A stretch of 62,527 nt of DNA, counting the filler, from Basidioascus undulatus (taxonomy: Eukaryota), in assembly GCA_000826855.1 (NCBI GenBank). It is 5 parts of 5 records of this genome, joined end to end, with 100 filler letters (N's around TTAATTAATTAA, not from the genome) between each part and the next. Parts side by side here need not be neighbours in the genome. Positions count along the whole stretch, not along the records: positions 25,235 to 54,118 come from JTLS01000141.1; 4 more parts are not named here. One strand, written 5' to 3'. Under the pieces are notes generated by a model. It had not been told where the DNA came from, made no database searches, and saw only the letters and a list, made by a program, of their open reading frames with translations. The position numbers and the translations under genes were made by a program. Shown piece after piece: positions 37,529 to 53,061 of this stretch. Position 1 is the first letter of the stretch. Every line of letters begins with the position of its first letter.

Positions 37529-39623
37529 TCACAGCGCCGCCATAGCCGCCGCAACGTCCTTCGGTGCAGGCGGGGCAGTGAGCGTCCGGGCGCGCGCGCT
37601 CGCTGCGGCGCGTGCGCCGGCCGAGCGGAGCGGGCGGGCCATGCCGTGTCGGGGGGTCCAGGGGCCGCGGGAATCACTGAAGGGGTTTTATCACTTAAGT
37701 CAGTATGCGGTTCGCAGTTTAAGAGGAGGAAACAAGAACGGAAAAAGAGCGAGCAAGAGAGAGGGAGGAAAAAAGACGAACTTAGCGTAAAAGTCCATCG
37801 GGTATCCCTTCTCCCCCTCCTCCTTGCCTCCCACCTTCTCATCCCACCCTTCGGCTACACCGAGCGCAACGGCCGCCTCGAACGGGCTGAGCAGCGGGCG
37901 AGCGAACGCGTACCCCCAGTCGATGCTCAGCCGCGGGCAGGACGTCTGCACGTACGCGGAGAGGTGCTCCCCGAAGAGCGCGAGCTTCGAGGGCGACAGC
38001 TCGGAGAGCAGGATGGGCACGTGTGGGAGCGCGTGGGGGGTGATGAGGTTTTGGATCGACTGTCGGACGGGAGGATCGAGGAGAAGGAGAATGAGGGAGA
38101 AGGTTCGTAGGAAGAGAGAGAAGGGAGGGGTGGAAGACGCACGGAGAGGACGCGCAGGGAGCCTTGCCTGCCTAGCGTGCCGAGGATGACGCCCCAGCTT
38201 TTGGTGGTGGGCGCTTCGGCGGCGGGGTAAGGGGAAGCAGAGGGGGGAGCGGAGGGGGAGAGGGGAGAAGAGGGAGAGGGGAGGGATTGCCGCGCGGTCT
38301 GGACGGCGTCGGAGCGGATGGACCGCATCTCCCCGTGGTCGTATGCCTCGCGCGTGAGCTTCTTCGAGTACGGGTCGTACCGGAAGGCGGGGACTGTGGG
38401 GTTCGCGATCATGCTAATCTTACGGGGGTGGTAAGCGTTAGAAGGCGGTAGATAGTGTAGAAGCTTTCGAGAAGGACGCACATAGACTCGAGGTGGAACC
38501 GGCCGTCGCCGACGTAGCTGTGTGTGAGGGAGAATTACGCGGTGAGAAGAAACGATGAGTGGAAAGAAAAGGAAGACGCACAGCAGCGCATCGACGTCCC
38601 CCAGCTTCGGCGCAGTGCACCCGAGGATCTCTCCCGGACTAAGCGGGCGGATCTGGGGGATCATAACCTCATACCGGCCCCTCCAGAACCTGTCCTCCCT
38701 CGCGGGCGCCTTCTCCTCGCGCCCATCCCCAATCAACCTCCTCTCCGCCGCGCCCATCCCGTCCTCCTCAGTCCACTCCCGCCCCAAGTCCTGCGCGAGC
38801 GCCTGCACAGCGCCGACGAACTGGATCGTGCCCACCAGCGCGAGGCGGGTGGGCCGCTCTTCGTCGGCCTCCGCGCCGATGGAGAGGGATGGGGCTGCCC
38901 CGAGGATGGAACGCTGGAAGGAGGAGGACCTGGAGGGGAAGTTGGCGCGGATTGTGGAGGAGAGGTGCGGCGCGTCGACGGAGATCTCGACGAAGACGTA
39001 GAGCGTGCGGATGGAGGTTTGGTCGATCGGCACTGTAGGGAGTGGATGGGTCAGCATGAAGGGAGGAGCAGGGGATAAGGGGGGGGGAGCTACGGACCTA
39101 GGCAGGAGTGGCCGTAGTGCACGAGCATGTCGCAGCCCAGTGCTCGGGCGGTGTAGTCGTCTACACAGCATGCGCCGTACGTGACATCGCCCAAGATCAC
39201 GCACTGCGCATCAGTGAACCTGTTCTCCTCCCTTCACATCAGCCTCCTCCCTCTCCCTTCCCTTAACCGACCTCAGCAAACGCACCGCTCCAAGATATCA
39301 GCGACCGCACACGCAAACATCTGCAGCCCCTCAGGCATCTGGAGCCCGATGCAGGTGGCGTTCTCCTTCCTGATCCAGTGCACGGTTTTGTGGATCTCGA
39401 AGGAATAGTTGCGCGGGAGGAGCGCGATCGCGGCGTTCAGGAGCGGGTCGTCGAGGATCGAGGACGGGATCGCATTCTGCGTGACGGCGGGCGAGGGGCG
39501 CGAGGAGGACGAGGAGGCGGAGGCGCCGACGAAGCGGCGGCGGGGCTTCTTGGGCTCGGAGGAGAAGGCGATGGGGGGGTTATTAGAAGATGAAGATGCT
39601 GTGGATGCTGATGTGTCGACCAT
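37529..39623 (-). CDS. DPH1: Diphthamide biosynthesis protein 1
   Basis: [105 protein letters not shown]. Confidence 0.96.
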
Positions 39624-40109
39624 TTCGAAAGATGAGAATGCGATGGATGAAAGTGAAGCGAGAAGACGCTGCGTGCTGAGCACGATAAGATCAAAATCTT
39701 GGGCAAGGAACCATTACCAAACAATTTCAAGTGGAGGTCGTCTTCCTTCATGCCGCCGCTGCCCATAATTTGTTCCTCAGTTCTCTTTCTTCAGAACCTG
39801 TCACACGCCGACTGTAGAACCCATTCAAATCACATGAACCTTCCCAACGCACATGCCTCCAGCTAGTAGTCCTAGCATCCGACGCTTCTGAACCCGGGAG
39901 GCGGGCGTACAGAGCACGCAATCCTCAACGCGGTTCGCACCGCACCTCGCCGGAGCAGCTCGCAATCGCGGGCCGTGTTCTCGTACATGACTTGTTCCCT
40001 TTCCCTTCGCCTGCACCTTCTTCACTTGCCATCTGCACCTTCTCTTCTTTCTTCCCGCTGACCCACACTCATCGATTGAAAGCACTCGCTTACTAACATA
40101 TCGAAGATA

Positions 40110-42818
<2,709 letters not shown>

Positions 42819-43110
42819 TAATGCGACAAGACGTGACAGGACGATGAGTGGTTGGGCAAAATTTTCGATACCCTGGATATTGAATAAACATAAACTTTGA
42901 CGGGCCGAACCGGACTATGAGTTGAGTGGTGCTTGCAGACGACATTGCGTGCCTCGTCTGAAGTCAAGTGAGGCAAGCGTACTCAATGTTGTTCTCGGGA
43001 CTGGTCAATCAGCCAAGAAAACCTTCGCAAAGTACAAGAACAACACCTGACGAGCCTTGCTTCCACCCATTCTGCAGGCACGCTTGTCGGCTCATGTTCG
43101 CCCCACATCA

Positions 43111-44118
43111 TCACAGACAGTTGTTGGCTTTACACCACTGTCGCACCCTCAGCATTAGTATTCGGACGACAGCCTCCCTCGAAATACGCACCTGTTTGTG
43201 CTTTGTCCAGTCCTCGCGCTGGTGCGCAGCACTGCAATACCTCGCGCCATGGCAAGCTTGGCAGATCCAATTACAAGGGTCGCCGCAGACCTCGCACCTC
43301 GCTGGAAAGCTTCATCCCGAGCTCCTCAAGCATGTGGAATAGCGGCCGTATCACATGTTTGGACTGGGGTGTCTCACCGCGGCGCACAAGCGCCTCGCGC
43401 ACAATCTCTTCGCGCGCTGGCCGTGGCTGTCCGAACTGCAGACTGCGCATAAGAGTGCGTATGAGACCATCCGGAGGTTGAGGCGGACTGGTGAGATCGC
43501 AATCCAGAGTAAGGGGTGTTTTTGGTGAATCGATTTCTAATACTGACAGTACGAGCGAGAGCACGGCGGTATAGACTCCCCACGCCTCATGGGTCTTGTA
43601 GGGGATTGGCCTCGTGAGCCGCACATGGAAGCTCCCTCCTGGGACGAGGGCCTTCACGACTCCATCTAAACCAGCAATGAGCCCTGTACCCCAATGACAA
43701 TTCTCGAGTGCCCCGAATCGTGTACCAGCGGGGCAATGCCTCCAGCGACAGTCCTCCGCTCAGAAACAATCGTTTCTGCGAGCTTTTGAGCGGCAGCTGC
43801 GAGACGCCTCTGATCGAAAGGATCGCGAAAGTCGTACATCGCAAATACAAACAGATCTGGCGGGGGTGTGGAGGCATTGCGGGTCGGAAACAGGGGCTCC
43901 AAATCGGGAAGCAGCGAGCTGTAAGGCTGGCCAAGGAGGAGAGTCCGGTTGCGAAAGCGGATGACTACAATAAGACTCGTTCCTCTGAGATCGCTTGCAA
44001 TCGCCCGAACTCTCCGTGCTGGTGGAGCAGTGCCGCGCGTTAGGGCGCCACCTCGACGTGCGAAGGGACGAGAGTCCCAGAAACGCGCCGCGCGGTCTGA
44101 GAAGCGTGGTAGTTGCAT
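43111..44118 (-). CDS. Hypothetical protein with C-terminal MYND zinc finger
   Basis: Introns 43377-43302 and 43191-43138 give ...VRRARCEVCGDPCNWICQACHGARYCSAAHQREDWTKHKQ|WCKANNCL*. The 5' structure (ORFs 43271-43657 and 43666-44118) is not cleanly joinable and may be disrupted. Confidence 0.7.
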
Positions 44119-44583
44119 TTTGGCCGGAGGTCACCACGCGACGGTCTCGAGGTGGAGCTTGAGCAGCATGTTGATGGATTTTCAAGTTACCGAGGGGAGG
44201 GTTGCGGAGAGAGATAGAGGAGGAGAGACAGGGAGAGGAGAAGCCTACAGCGAGCGCTACAGGTGCAGGTGGTTACGGCAATCACCACATGGTTCTCGTT
44301 CCTGACCGCTCGCCAATGGGCCTTGTTAATTTTGGGGCTAATCGGAGCGAATTAAGAGCATAAAGTGACTGTGTTCGTTTTCTGTCGACGGTAGCACACC
44401 GCACACCTGCCTAACAATCATTCGGACGCAAGAGTCGTGATGCTGGACCATCCTTTCAGAAGGGCACGAAAAGTTTCAAATAGCTCCTGGCTGTGGCCAT
44501 CTCCGCCATTGGGCTGAACCGACGCGAAAGAAAACCCTTTACGCTTGCGCTGAGCAGCTTGGCACCCTCAGGCGCACACTCAC

Positions 44584-44625
44584 GCTCGGGTCCTTATTCG
44601 TACAGCTCGGGTCCTTATTCGTACA
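44584..44625. repeat. 21-bp tandem duplication
   Basis: GCTCGGGTCCTTATTCGTACA repeated twice, perfect. Confidence 0.9.
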
Positions 44626-44649
44626 GAGCACATAGGCGGAGAGGTCATA

Positions 44650-45958
44650 CAGAGTTCTGAATACTACCTGTTGTTTTTCCAAGCTCGAGGACAATTCCCA
44701 TTCCAGACTCGCGTCACCCGATGAGCTTGGTCACATTTACACCAACGAACTAGGGCTTTCACCGCGGCTGTAATATGCAGATGCGACGAACGCATCTGCT
44801 GTGCAATCTAGGACTCGGAAAAACTTATTCGATGCAATCTAAACTTCTTTTCCCCTTTGATCGTACCGTCTAAAAGCTGATCAAAGTCCGTGGTCGTATT
44901 TATGCCAGTTCATCTAAGCATCAGCAGCCTGCAGAGATACTTGAATGTCCTGAATATCAACAAAGAAAACTTGCTGAGCGGTACGGTCGTGTCTGGGACG
45001 CCCAGGCCTCCGTCCTTGGGGATGTTCACCATTGATGCAGATGTAACGCTGCATGAAAGCAGTGCCAAAAAGGAAAACTCTTGGGAAAAAAAACATGAGA
45101 GATGGGCTGCAGGCTTTCAGCGTGTAGAGTGAAGGTTGGGAGAGAAACAGTGAGTTGGATGAGGGGTTGGTTTTCTTTGAGAAGACCGCACAGCATGCCA
45201 GTTGTCTCCGCGAGGCACCCGTTTGGGTATCATTACCGCGCGATTTGCGGACGGCCATGAAAACTTTACCGTGGTTGCGGTTTTCAAATTCTTGTGAAAT
45301 GTCTAGCAGCCCAGGTTCATGCGAGCTGTGCACATTTACTGCCTATTCAGACGGAAGCCGTTTCCGGCATTATTTCCGCCCTTTCCTCCCAATACCGAGT
45401 TCATCCCAACTGAGCTCTCCGCGCGAGCTCCTCCATCACCCGGTAGAAGGTCTCCCAGAAGGTCCACTCTGTCCGCAACAGTTCAGGGCAACGTTCGCAA
45501 CCCATGTAATGTGAGGTGTTTGTATCGGGTTTTCAGTCCACAGTAGGACTTAGCACACCCTTGCCTCGGAGCTCCAAACATCCACTTCGACGTCTACAAT
45601 TCCAATATTGGTTAATAGCCTCAAAGTACGCGAAGGATCACTACCTTCTAGCTGTCACGATCTCCCGCAAAAGTTCTTGTTCTTACTGAGCAATACCGGA
45701 GAACAGAGTACTGAATTGCCTTGAAATTGCACCCCTTGTTTCCCATCCCTCGAGGACAAGTCACCATCCAGACTCACACCCAGTCAGCTTTGGAACGGTC
45801 ACGGTTATGTACAGCGAACTCCCGTCTGTAACGCCCATATGCGACGAAACACATCTACTGTACCGATGAGTATTCGCAACTAATTGGAGGATGCAATCTT
45901 AATCTCGTTTTGCTTCTCCAACCATACCTTGCGAAATTTGCTCGAAATTCGTGGTCGT
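44650..45958. repeat. Pair of diverged direct repeats of about 250 bp (44650-44897 and 45704-45958)
   Basis: Collinear shared anchors CAGAGTnCTGAAT, CTCGAGGACAA, TCCAGACTC, ATGCGACGAA, GATGCAATCT, CGTGGTCGT. Confidence 0.75.
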
Positions 45959-46618
45959 CGTCCAATGCAAGTGGAACAGCGCCATGCGCTCCAGGTCCTC
46001 CTCAGCCGTCATTGTAGGGGCATTTGAACAAATGCATTAGAAATCAACCACAAGCTATTCTGGCACTGACGAGAAAGCGGCGCTTCTTTACTGCTCCGTG
46101 CTGTGCACCGCCGACGCTGGGATGAGGGCCCTCCGGTGTCCACCCGGCCTTCCTGGGGGTCTAGGCATAGCTGATACTCCGTTTGGCGATGCAAGTGTCA
46201 AGAAAAAACTCTGATTTGCTTGATTATTGCGGAACTGTATGCAAGTGGTTGGGAATCTTGCATCTCGCCAGAGGCAAGCAAGGCGCTGTGACTTGTTTCA
46301 GCCTGAGTGTCAAACCTATTGAGTTTGCATGCATACTGAGACTGTGCTCGATACGTTGTATTTCCCTTCAGATTGTCTGTAACTGATAGCTATAGGACTG
46401 CAGTTGCAGCCCGAAGAAAGGGTCTTCGGTGCAGCCTGCTATCGCATCGAGTTGCATGATCGAGAGATCGTCATGATCGGCCGCCCGCCCTTCCGCTCAC
46501 GTGCGAGCCGAGGGAGCTGAGGTGCCGCCCCTTGGACGACTGCTCCTGGACACGACCACCATCTTCTCCATCAATCTCGCTCCTAGACTCATACAAACTG
46601 ATCTTAACTTCCGCTACC

Positions 46619-49600
46619 ATGCGGATATCATCTAGCGCGCTCGCGCTAGCCGCGGCGCTGCTCCCAGCGGTGTGCTCCGCATCCTCAGGGGGCGACCACC
46701 AGCCGAGGCGGGGGAAGGGCATCTGTGTGCGTGCTCCCGTGGGCTGTGTTTCTAAAGCGGAGCAGGCTGAAGTTGAGGACGGGTAGGCTCAAAGAGGTAC
46801 TTGCGGGAGGAAGAACATGTTCTCCCCGGAGCTGCCTTGTCCAGATGATGGCGATGCTGAGGAGGTGAGTGCGCAGCACTGTGTCTGGAGATCAACGGGA
46901 GTCTTTCCGACGCAGTAGTTGGAGACTTCTGCGTGCTGGGATGAGGACTACATCAAGGGGACCAGAGGCAGATACTGCTATAATGCTGACTTCGGGGCGC
47001 TCTTGCCCGCAGCCCGATTCCGACTTCCGCTCCCAGCTCGTCTCCGTCTGCGGCGCCGAGTACGCCTCGGGTCCGACATGCTGCACGCCTGAGGCAGTGT
47101 CCACGCTTTCCGATAATCTCGCCCAAGTCGAACCTCTCCTCTCATGTGCGTCTTATTCGGCTGCCCTCTAGATGCTCTGAGCTCATCCGCCCTCCGGCTG
47201 TCGCAGCCTGTCCCGCCTGCCGCAACAACTTCAGGTCCTTCTTCTGCGCTTTCACCTGCTCGCCCGACCAGTCCACCTTCGTCACCGTCGCAGAGACCCA
47301 GCCCACTGACGACGGTGCCCAAATCGCCGTCAAGCGGGTCGAGTTCTCGGTCTCTCCCTCATTCGGCATCGGCTTCTTCGACAGCTGCAAGAACGTCCAG
47401 TTCGGCGCGACCAACGGCTACGTGATGGACCTCATCGGCGGAGGTGCGAAGAACTACTCGTCGTTCTTCAAGTTCCTCGGCGATGAGCGGCCCGGCCTCG
47501 GCTCTCCCTTCCAGATCGACTTCCCGATCCCATCCCCGCCCGCGAAGGGCATCACGCCGCTCGACCTCACGCCGCGCAAGTGCTCAGATCCCGACCTCGC
47601 GTCGCGCTGCACCTGCCTCGACTGCCCAGAAGTCTGTACCGTCCTTCCGTCGCCTCCGCCCCTGCCCGGCACGGGGCCGACCTGCCACGTCGGCGCAGCC
47701 TCGTGCTTGACCTTTGTCCTCCTCCTCGCCTACGCGCTCGCCCTACTCGCTTTCTTCACCGGATACAGCTTACAGCGCTCGTTCCGCAAGCGCCGCGAGC
47801 GCAGCTTCTTCGAGCGCGTCGCGCTCTCCGGAGATTCGGGATACTACCACGGCGCGACGTCGTCTGCTGCGACGCTCGACGACTCTTCGGGAGGCCATGA
47901 CGTCGACTCTGGTCACCTCCGAGGCGCCAGCCTCCTCGACCCGCTCGAAGTCCTCCAGCCGAAACGCTACTGGCTCAACACCGCCCTCCAGCGCGCGTTC
48001 TACCGCCTTGGCCTCATCTGTGCTCGTTACCCCTTCCTCGTCCTCGCTGCGACGTGCGCGTTCGTCGGCCTCGCCAACCTCGGCTGGCGGCGGTTTGAGG
48101 TCGAGACGAACCCAGTCCGGCTGTGGGTCGCGCCAGACTCGGAGACCAAGCTCCAGAAGGAGTACTTCGACGAGCACTTCGGGCCGTTCTACCGCACGCA
48201 GCAGATCTTCCTCACGTCCGCCTCTACCTCCCACCCCGCCGTCCTCGACTACGACACCCTCGAGTGGTGGTTCTCTGTAGAAGAAGAGATCCGCGCGCTC
48301 GAGTCCCCCTCAGGCCTCACCCTCGCCGACGTCTGCTTCGCGCCTTCCGCGGCGTCCTCCACCTCCGCCCCGCCCGTCGAGGCCTGCATCGTCCAGTCTG
48401 TCGCTGGCTACTTCGGCAACGACCTGTCCGGCTACGACCGTTCCACGTGGCGGGATCACCTCGACGGGTGCGCATCCCAGCCCGGCTCATGCCTCCCGCC
48501 GTTCGGGCAGCCCCTCAAGCGCGAGATCGTGCTCGGCGGGATCCCCGACGACGGACGCCCGAGCGATGCGTGCGCAGCTGTCGTCACGTACGTCGTGGCG
48601 AACTCGCAGAACAAGACGGTCGTGAGCCGTGCGCAGGAGTGGGAGCGTACGCTGGAGGGATACTTGCTGCAGCTCCAGCGGCGCGCGCAGGAGCGAGGGC
48701 TCAGGATCACGTTTTCGACAGAGGTCAGTCTGGAAGAGGAGCTAAACAAGAGCACCAAGTGCGTTGGCCCTTCTCTTCCACTGTTGCTTACGAGGGCGAG
48801 CGGCTGACAATGGTCATTTTTCCTTGACGGCAGCACCGACATCCGCATCGTCGTCCTCTCCTACCTCGCCATGTTCCTCTACGTCGGCCTGACCCTAGGC
48901 TCCTCCGCCCCTCGCCCGAGCCCTTTAGCCTCGCCGTTTTCCTCCATCCGCGCGCTCGGTCGAAGCGCCGGTTCCAATATAGCAGCCGTCTTCTCTCGCC
49001 GCAGTGGGGACGCGGAGGGACGAACTGCGCTGCCGACTGCGCATGCGAACGGCGATGCCCGTCTGCCGTCCACGCTCCTTCCTCGCCGGCTGGTCATCGA
49101 CTCCAAGTTCTCGCTTGGGCTGTTCGGGATCATCATCGTTCTCGTGTCCGTGTCGACGAGTGTCGCGCTCTTCTCGGCCGTCGGCGTCAAGGTCACGCTC
49201 ATCATCGCCGAGGTCATCCCGTTCCTTGTCCTTGCAGTTGGCGTCGATAACGTGTGCGTCCATGCTAGGCCTTCGTCTTTCCTGCCATTCGTTACTTACT
49301 CCCATAGTTCGCTCGTAAAGCTTCATCCTCGTGAACGAGCTCGAGAAGCAGAACGCTCTCCACGGCCCGACTCCCGCAGACGGGCCCGCGCCCTCGTCTT
49401 CCTCCGACCCGCGATCCTCGTACGACTCGGGCGAGCACGACGCCGCGCATGCGGCGACTCTGTCTGTCGATGAGCGCGTCGCCCGCGCTCTTGCGCGCAT
49501 GGGACCAAGCATCCTTCTCAGCGGAACGACGGAAGTCGTCGCGTTTGCTCTTGGCGCGCTCGTGCCTATGCCCGCCGTCCGCAACTTCGCGCTCTACGCT

Positions 49601-51769
49601 GCGTTGTCGGTGCTCGTCGACGCGCTGCTTCAAGTCACTGTCTTCGTGTCTGCGATGACGCTTGATCAACGACGAGTGGAGGTGCGCCGTCCTCGCCTTC
49701 CCTCCACTATCATCTTGCGGACGTGCAATCCTCACGAGCTGTCGGGGCACTATCAAACAGTCGAACCGCGTCGACTGCCTCCCTTGCCTCTCCGTATCAG
49801 CTCCAATCCGGCTTCACGATCCCACAGCGACCGCGGTCGGCGAGCCCGGATCGGACAGCCTCATCACCGCTTTCTTCCGCCGATACTACGCGCCCTTCAT
49901 TCTCCGCAAGGAGATCAAGACCGCCGTGCTTGCGCTCTTTGGCGCGCTGTTCGTAGGCTCGGTTATCGCGATGCAGCGAATTGAGCTCGGTCTTGGTTCG
50001 TATCTCATCATCCCGCGCATATTTGTTCAGCGTAGACGCTGACCAGCAGCAATGCTTCGCCTCCCTCTACAGACCAGCGCCTTGCTTTGCCGTCGTCGTC
50101 GTACCTTGTTGACTACTTCAATGACCTCGACACCTACCTCGACGTCGGCCCGCCCGTCTACTTCGTCGAGCGCGGCGTCAACGTATCTTCCCGCGGTGGA
50201 CAGCGCTCGCTCTGCGGCAGGTTCACGACGTGCGATCCGCTATCGGTCGCCAACATTCTCGAGGCCGAGCGCAAGCGCCCTGAGAGCTCGTACATCTCGG
50301 AATCGACCGCTTCGTGGATCGGTGGGTCTTCATGCTTGGCTCGCAAGATCAGGATCATGCACTGACGCCGGCTCTGTTGCAGACGACTTCTTGCATTGGT
50401 TCGTTTGTTTGAGTTTCCTTAAAGCGTCCGGTAGGAAAGGCGCATACTTACACTCGTCTTGCAGGCTCGACCCCGCTATCGAGACATGCTGCCGTGTCCG
50501 CAAGTCGGATCCGAGCGTCTTTTGCAGCCCGCGCGACTCCGAGCGGATGTGCAAGCCTTGCTTCGAGGGCCGCGAGCCGGCATTTAACATCACAATGGAC
50601 GGCCTGCCTGAAGGGCCCGAGACGATCCGATATCTCCGGCAGTGGCTCGACTCGCCGACCGACGAGAACTGCCCGCTGGGCGGGCGCGCCTCGTTCCGCT
50701 CTGCCGTTTCGCTCGACGAGTCCGCGTCCGAGGTCACCACGTCCCACTTCCGGACGTTTCACGCGCCGCTGAAATCCCAAGCCGACTTCATCAACGCGCT
50801 CGCTGCCGCCGAGCGCATCTCTGCAGACCTTTCGCGCGAGATCGGCGCCGAGGTCTTCCCCTACAGCCTGTTCTACGTTTTCTTCGCCCAGTACGCGACG
50901 ATCGTCAGTATGACACAGCAGATCCTCGGGCTCGCGCTGCTCGCCATCTTTGCAGTCACGAGCGTGCTCCTCGGCAGCTGGCGCACGGGGCTCATCGTCA
51001 CCGTCACCGTCGCCCTGACCGTCGTCACGCAGCTCGGCGTCATGGGCCTCTGGGCCATCAGCCTCAACGCCATCAGTCTCGTCAACCTCGTCGTCAGCCT
51101 CGGCATCGCCGTCGAGTTCTGCAGCCACATTGCGCGCGCGTTCATGAGCGCCGGCGCGAGCGTCCCGCCGGACAGCGCGCTCGGCCAGAAGGAACGCGAC
51201 GAGCGGGTATGGACAGCGCTGGTTGACGTCGGCCCGTCGGTGCGTGCTTTCTGGAGTTATCACGCAGATGCGAAGTTACGCTGACTGTCGTGGTTCTCCT
51301 AGGTCGTGTCCGGCATCACGCTCACCAAGCTCATCGGTATCTCCGTGTTGGGTCTGACCCGCTCGAAGCTGCTCCGCGTGCGTCCGCTCACAGTACAGTA
51401 GTTGGGGTCGTTTTGCTCAACCTCTGCTATCGCAGGTCTATTACTTCCGCATGTGGCTGTCGTTGATAATAGCGGGAGTACGTTTCTTTCTAAGTTTTCC
51501 GAGTACGTGTGTGCGGAGGCTGATTACGACTCTCGCAGGCGTTGCATGGTTTCGTCTTCCTGCCGGTTGTGCTCAGCCTGTACGGCGGCATGTCCAAGTG
51601 AGTATTATGGTGTTTGCCTCCGTTTCCACCTGATCGGCTGACTATTCGTTGCTTGCCCATTCGTAGCTTCGCGGATGACGTTGACGAGGACGCTCTGCTG
51701 TACAATATCCGTGGGCATAACCGGCCGTTTACGAACGACTCGGACGATGATGACTCGGACGCTGGTTGA
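46619..51769 (+). CDS. NCR1: Niemann-Pick C1-like sterol transporter
   Basis: Signal peptide; Cys-rich N-terminal domain ([36 protein letters not shown]); [21 protein letters not shown]; sterol-sensing domain ([25 protein letters not shown]); [27 protein letters not shown]; stop TGA at 51767-51769. Confidence 0.96.
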
Positions 51770-52556
51770 GCATACAGAGACGTTCATGCGCTTGTTGTAC
51801 TGTATCATAGACTTTCATGACTTTTGACGTAATCCGCGTAACCCGCTTGCGGCCGTGAAATTATTCGTCTGCAACGCTTGATACATCCAAGCACTCACGA
51901 TTCTGAAGTGCGAGGTTCGCCTCGTCCACAAGCACAAACAACAGAGTGCTTGTCCACCTCATTCCATGATGTCCACCTTATTCCATGAAAAAAATACTTC
52001 AAAATTTACAAGCAACGAGTTTTGGCTAGCTGCGGCGCTCCTTGCCTGGCGCAGTCCAATCGTCCGAACCGTGCTTCAGCCTTCGAACATCTCGAACGTC
52101 CAGCAGTATCGACGCTTGGGACGGGAGCCCCAGCTACAAGTTTACCGGCACCCACATCCCGACAAGTCAGTACACATAGGGACTATGAAAACGGACGCAA
52201 GTAGGCAGGAAGGAAAGCCAGAACAACCTTGCCACTTCGCGCGGCATTATGATTGCATCTCGCTCATGCAGCTCAATATGGGAAAGAATGCGTGGACAGC
52301 ACGAGTAGTAGAACGAAATCAGCTACTCGTTCAGCCCTCCTTCGTAACACCGACAGAGAATTCACGCAGCGGAACGTGATCGAATGATACGGAGGTTGAG
52401 GGTGAAAGTTAATATGTGAACTCTGTTAGAGCGAGGGAGCGTCATGTCAGTTCAGCGCATGAGCAGGAGCGAAGAACCAGCGGTGTGTACTGCAGTTTTT
52501 CGATCAACCTCGAACCCAACTTTGCTCGTCGCCTACCGCTGACTCCGGCGTCAGCC

Positions 52557-53042
52557 ATGGGTACGTCTTCTCGAGCCTTGCGTTACTCACCTTCTCGAAC
52601 TCGGCGAAATTCATCGGAGTCCTTTTGCGGCCATTGTCGCTCAGGATTTCTTCGAAGACTGTCATGTCTATTTTGCGTGAGAGGCAAGTACCGCTCGACG
52701 GGCAGCAACCTCGGCCAAAGTCATCGTCCTCGTCCTCCTTTCGACGAACGACGCGAATGGCCGAGACGGAGAAGACAAGGGCAACTACGCCGGAGGAGCT
52801 GGGAAGATGTCCGCGCGCAAATCGCTGCCGCCAACTATTGCGGTGGAGCCAAAGTAGAGCTGACAGCGGAGAATTGGTGGAGCGGCAAGACTCTCGGCGA
52901 GGTCCTGCGTGATGAAGATATTGATCAACCCGACCCAGCCGTTGAAGTCTTGAGCGGACGATATATCAAACTAACTTCCAGTTCCCGATCGACAAGCCCC
53001 CACACCTCGTCGTCCTCGACATCCAGTGCTTCCGAGAGCTAG
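52557..53042 (+). CDS. Small orphan protein with MG/Cys N-terminus
   Basis: ATGG|GTACGT intron 52561-52644 gives MGFLRRLSCLFCVRGK... ending in a Ser-rich tail at TAG. Confidence 0.45.
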   Translation: MGTSSRALRYSPSRTRRNSSESFCGHCRSGFLRRLSCLFCVRGKYRSTGSNLGQSHRPRPPFDERREWPRRRRQGQLRRRSWEDVRAQIAAANYCGGAKVELTAENWWSGKTLGEVLRDEDIDQPDPAVEVLSGRYIKLTSSSRSTSPHTSSSSTSSASES

Positions 53043-53061
53043 TCTTTGGAAAGAACCCTTC

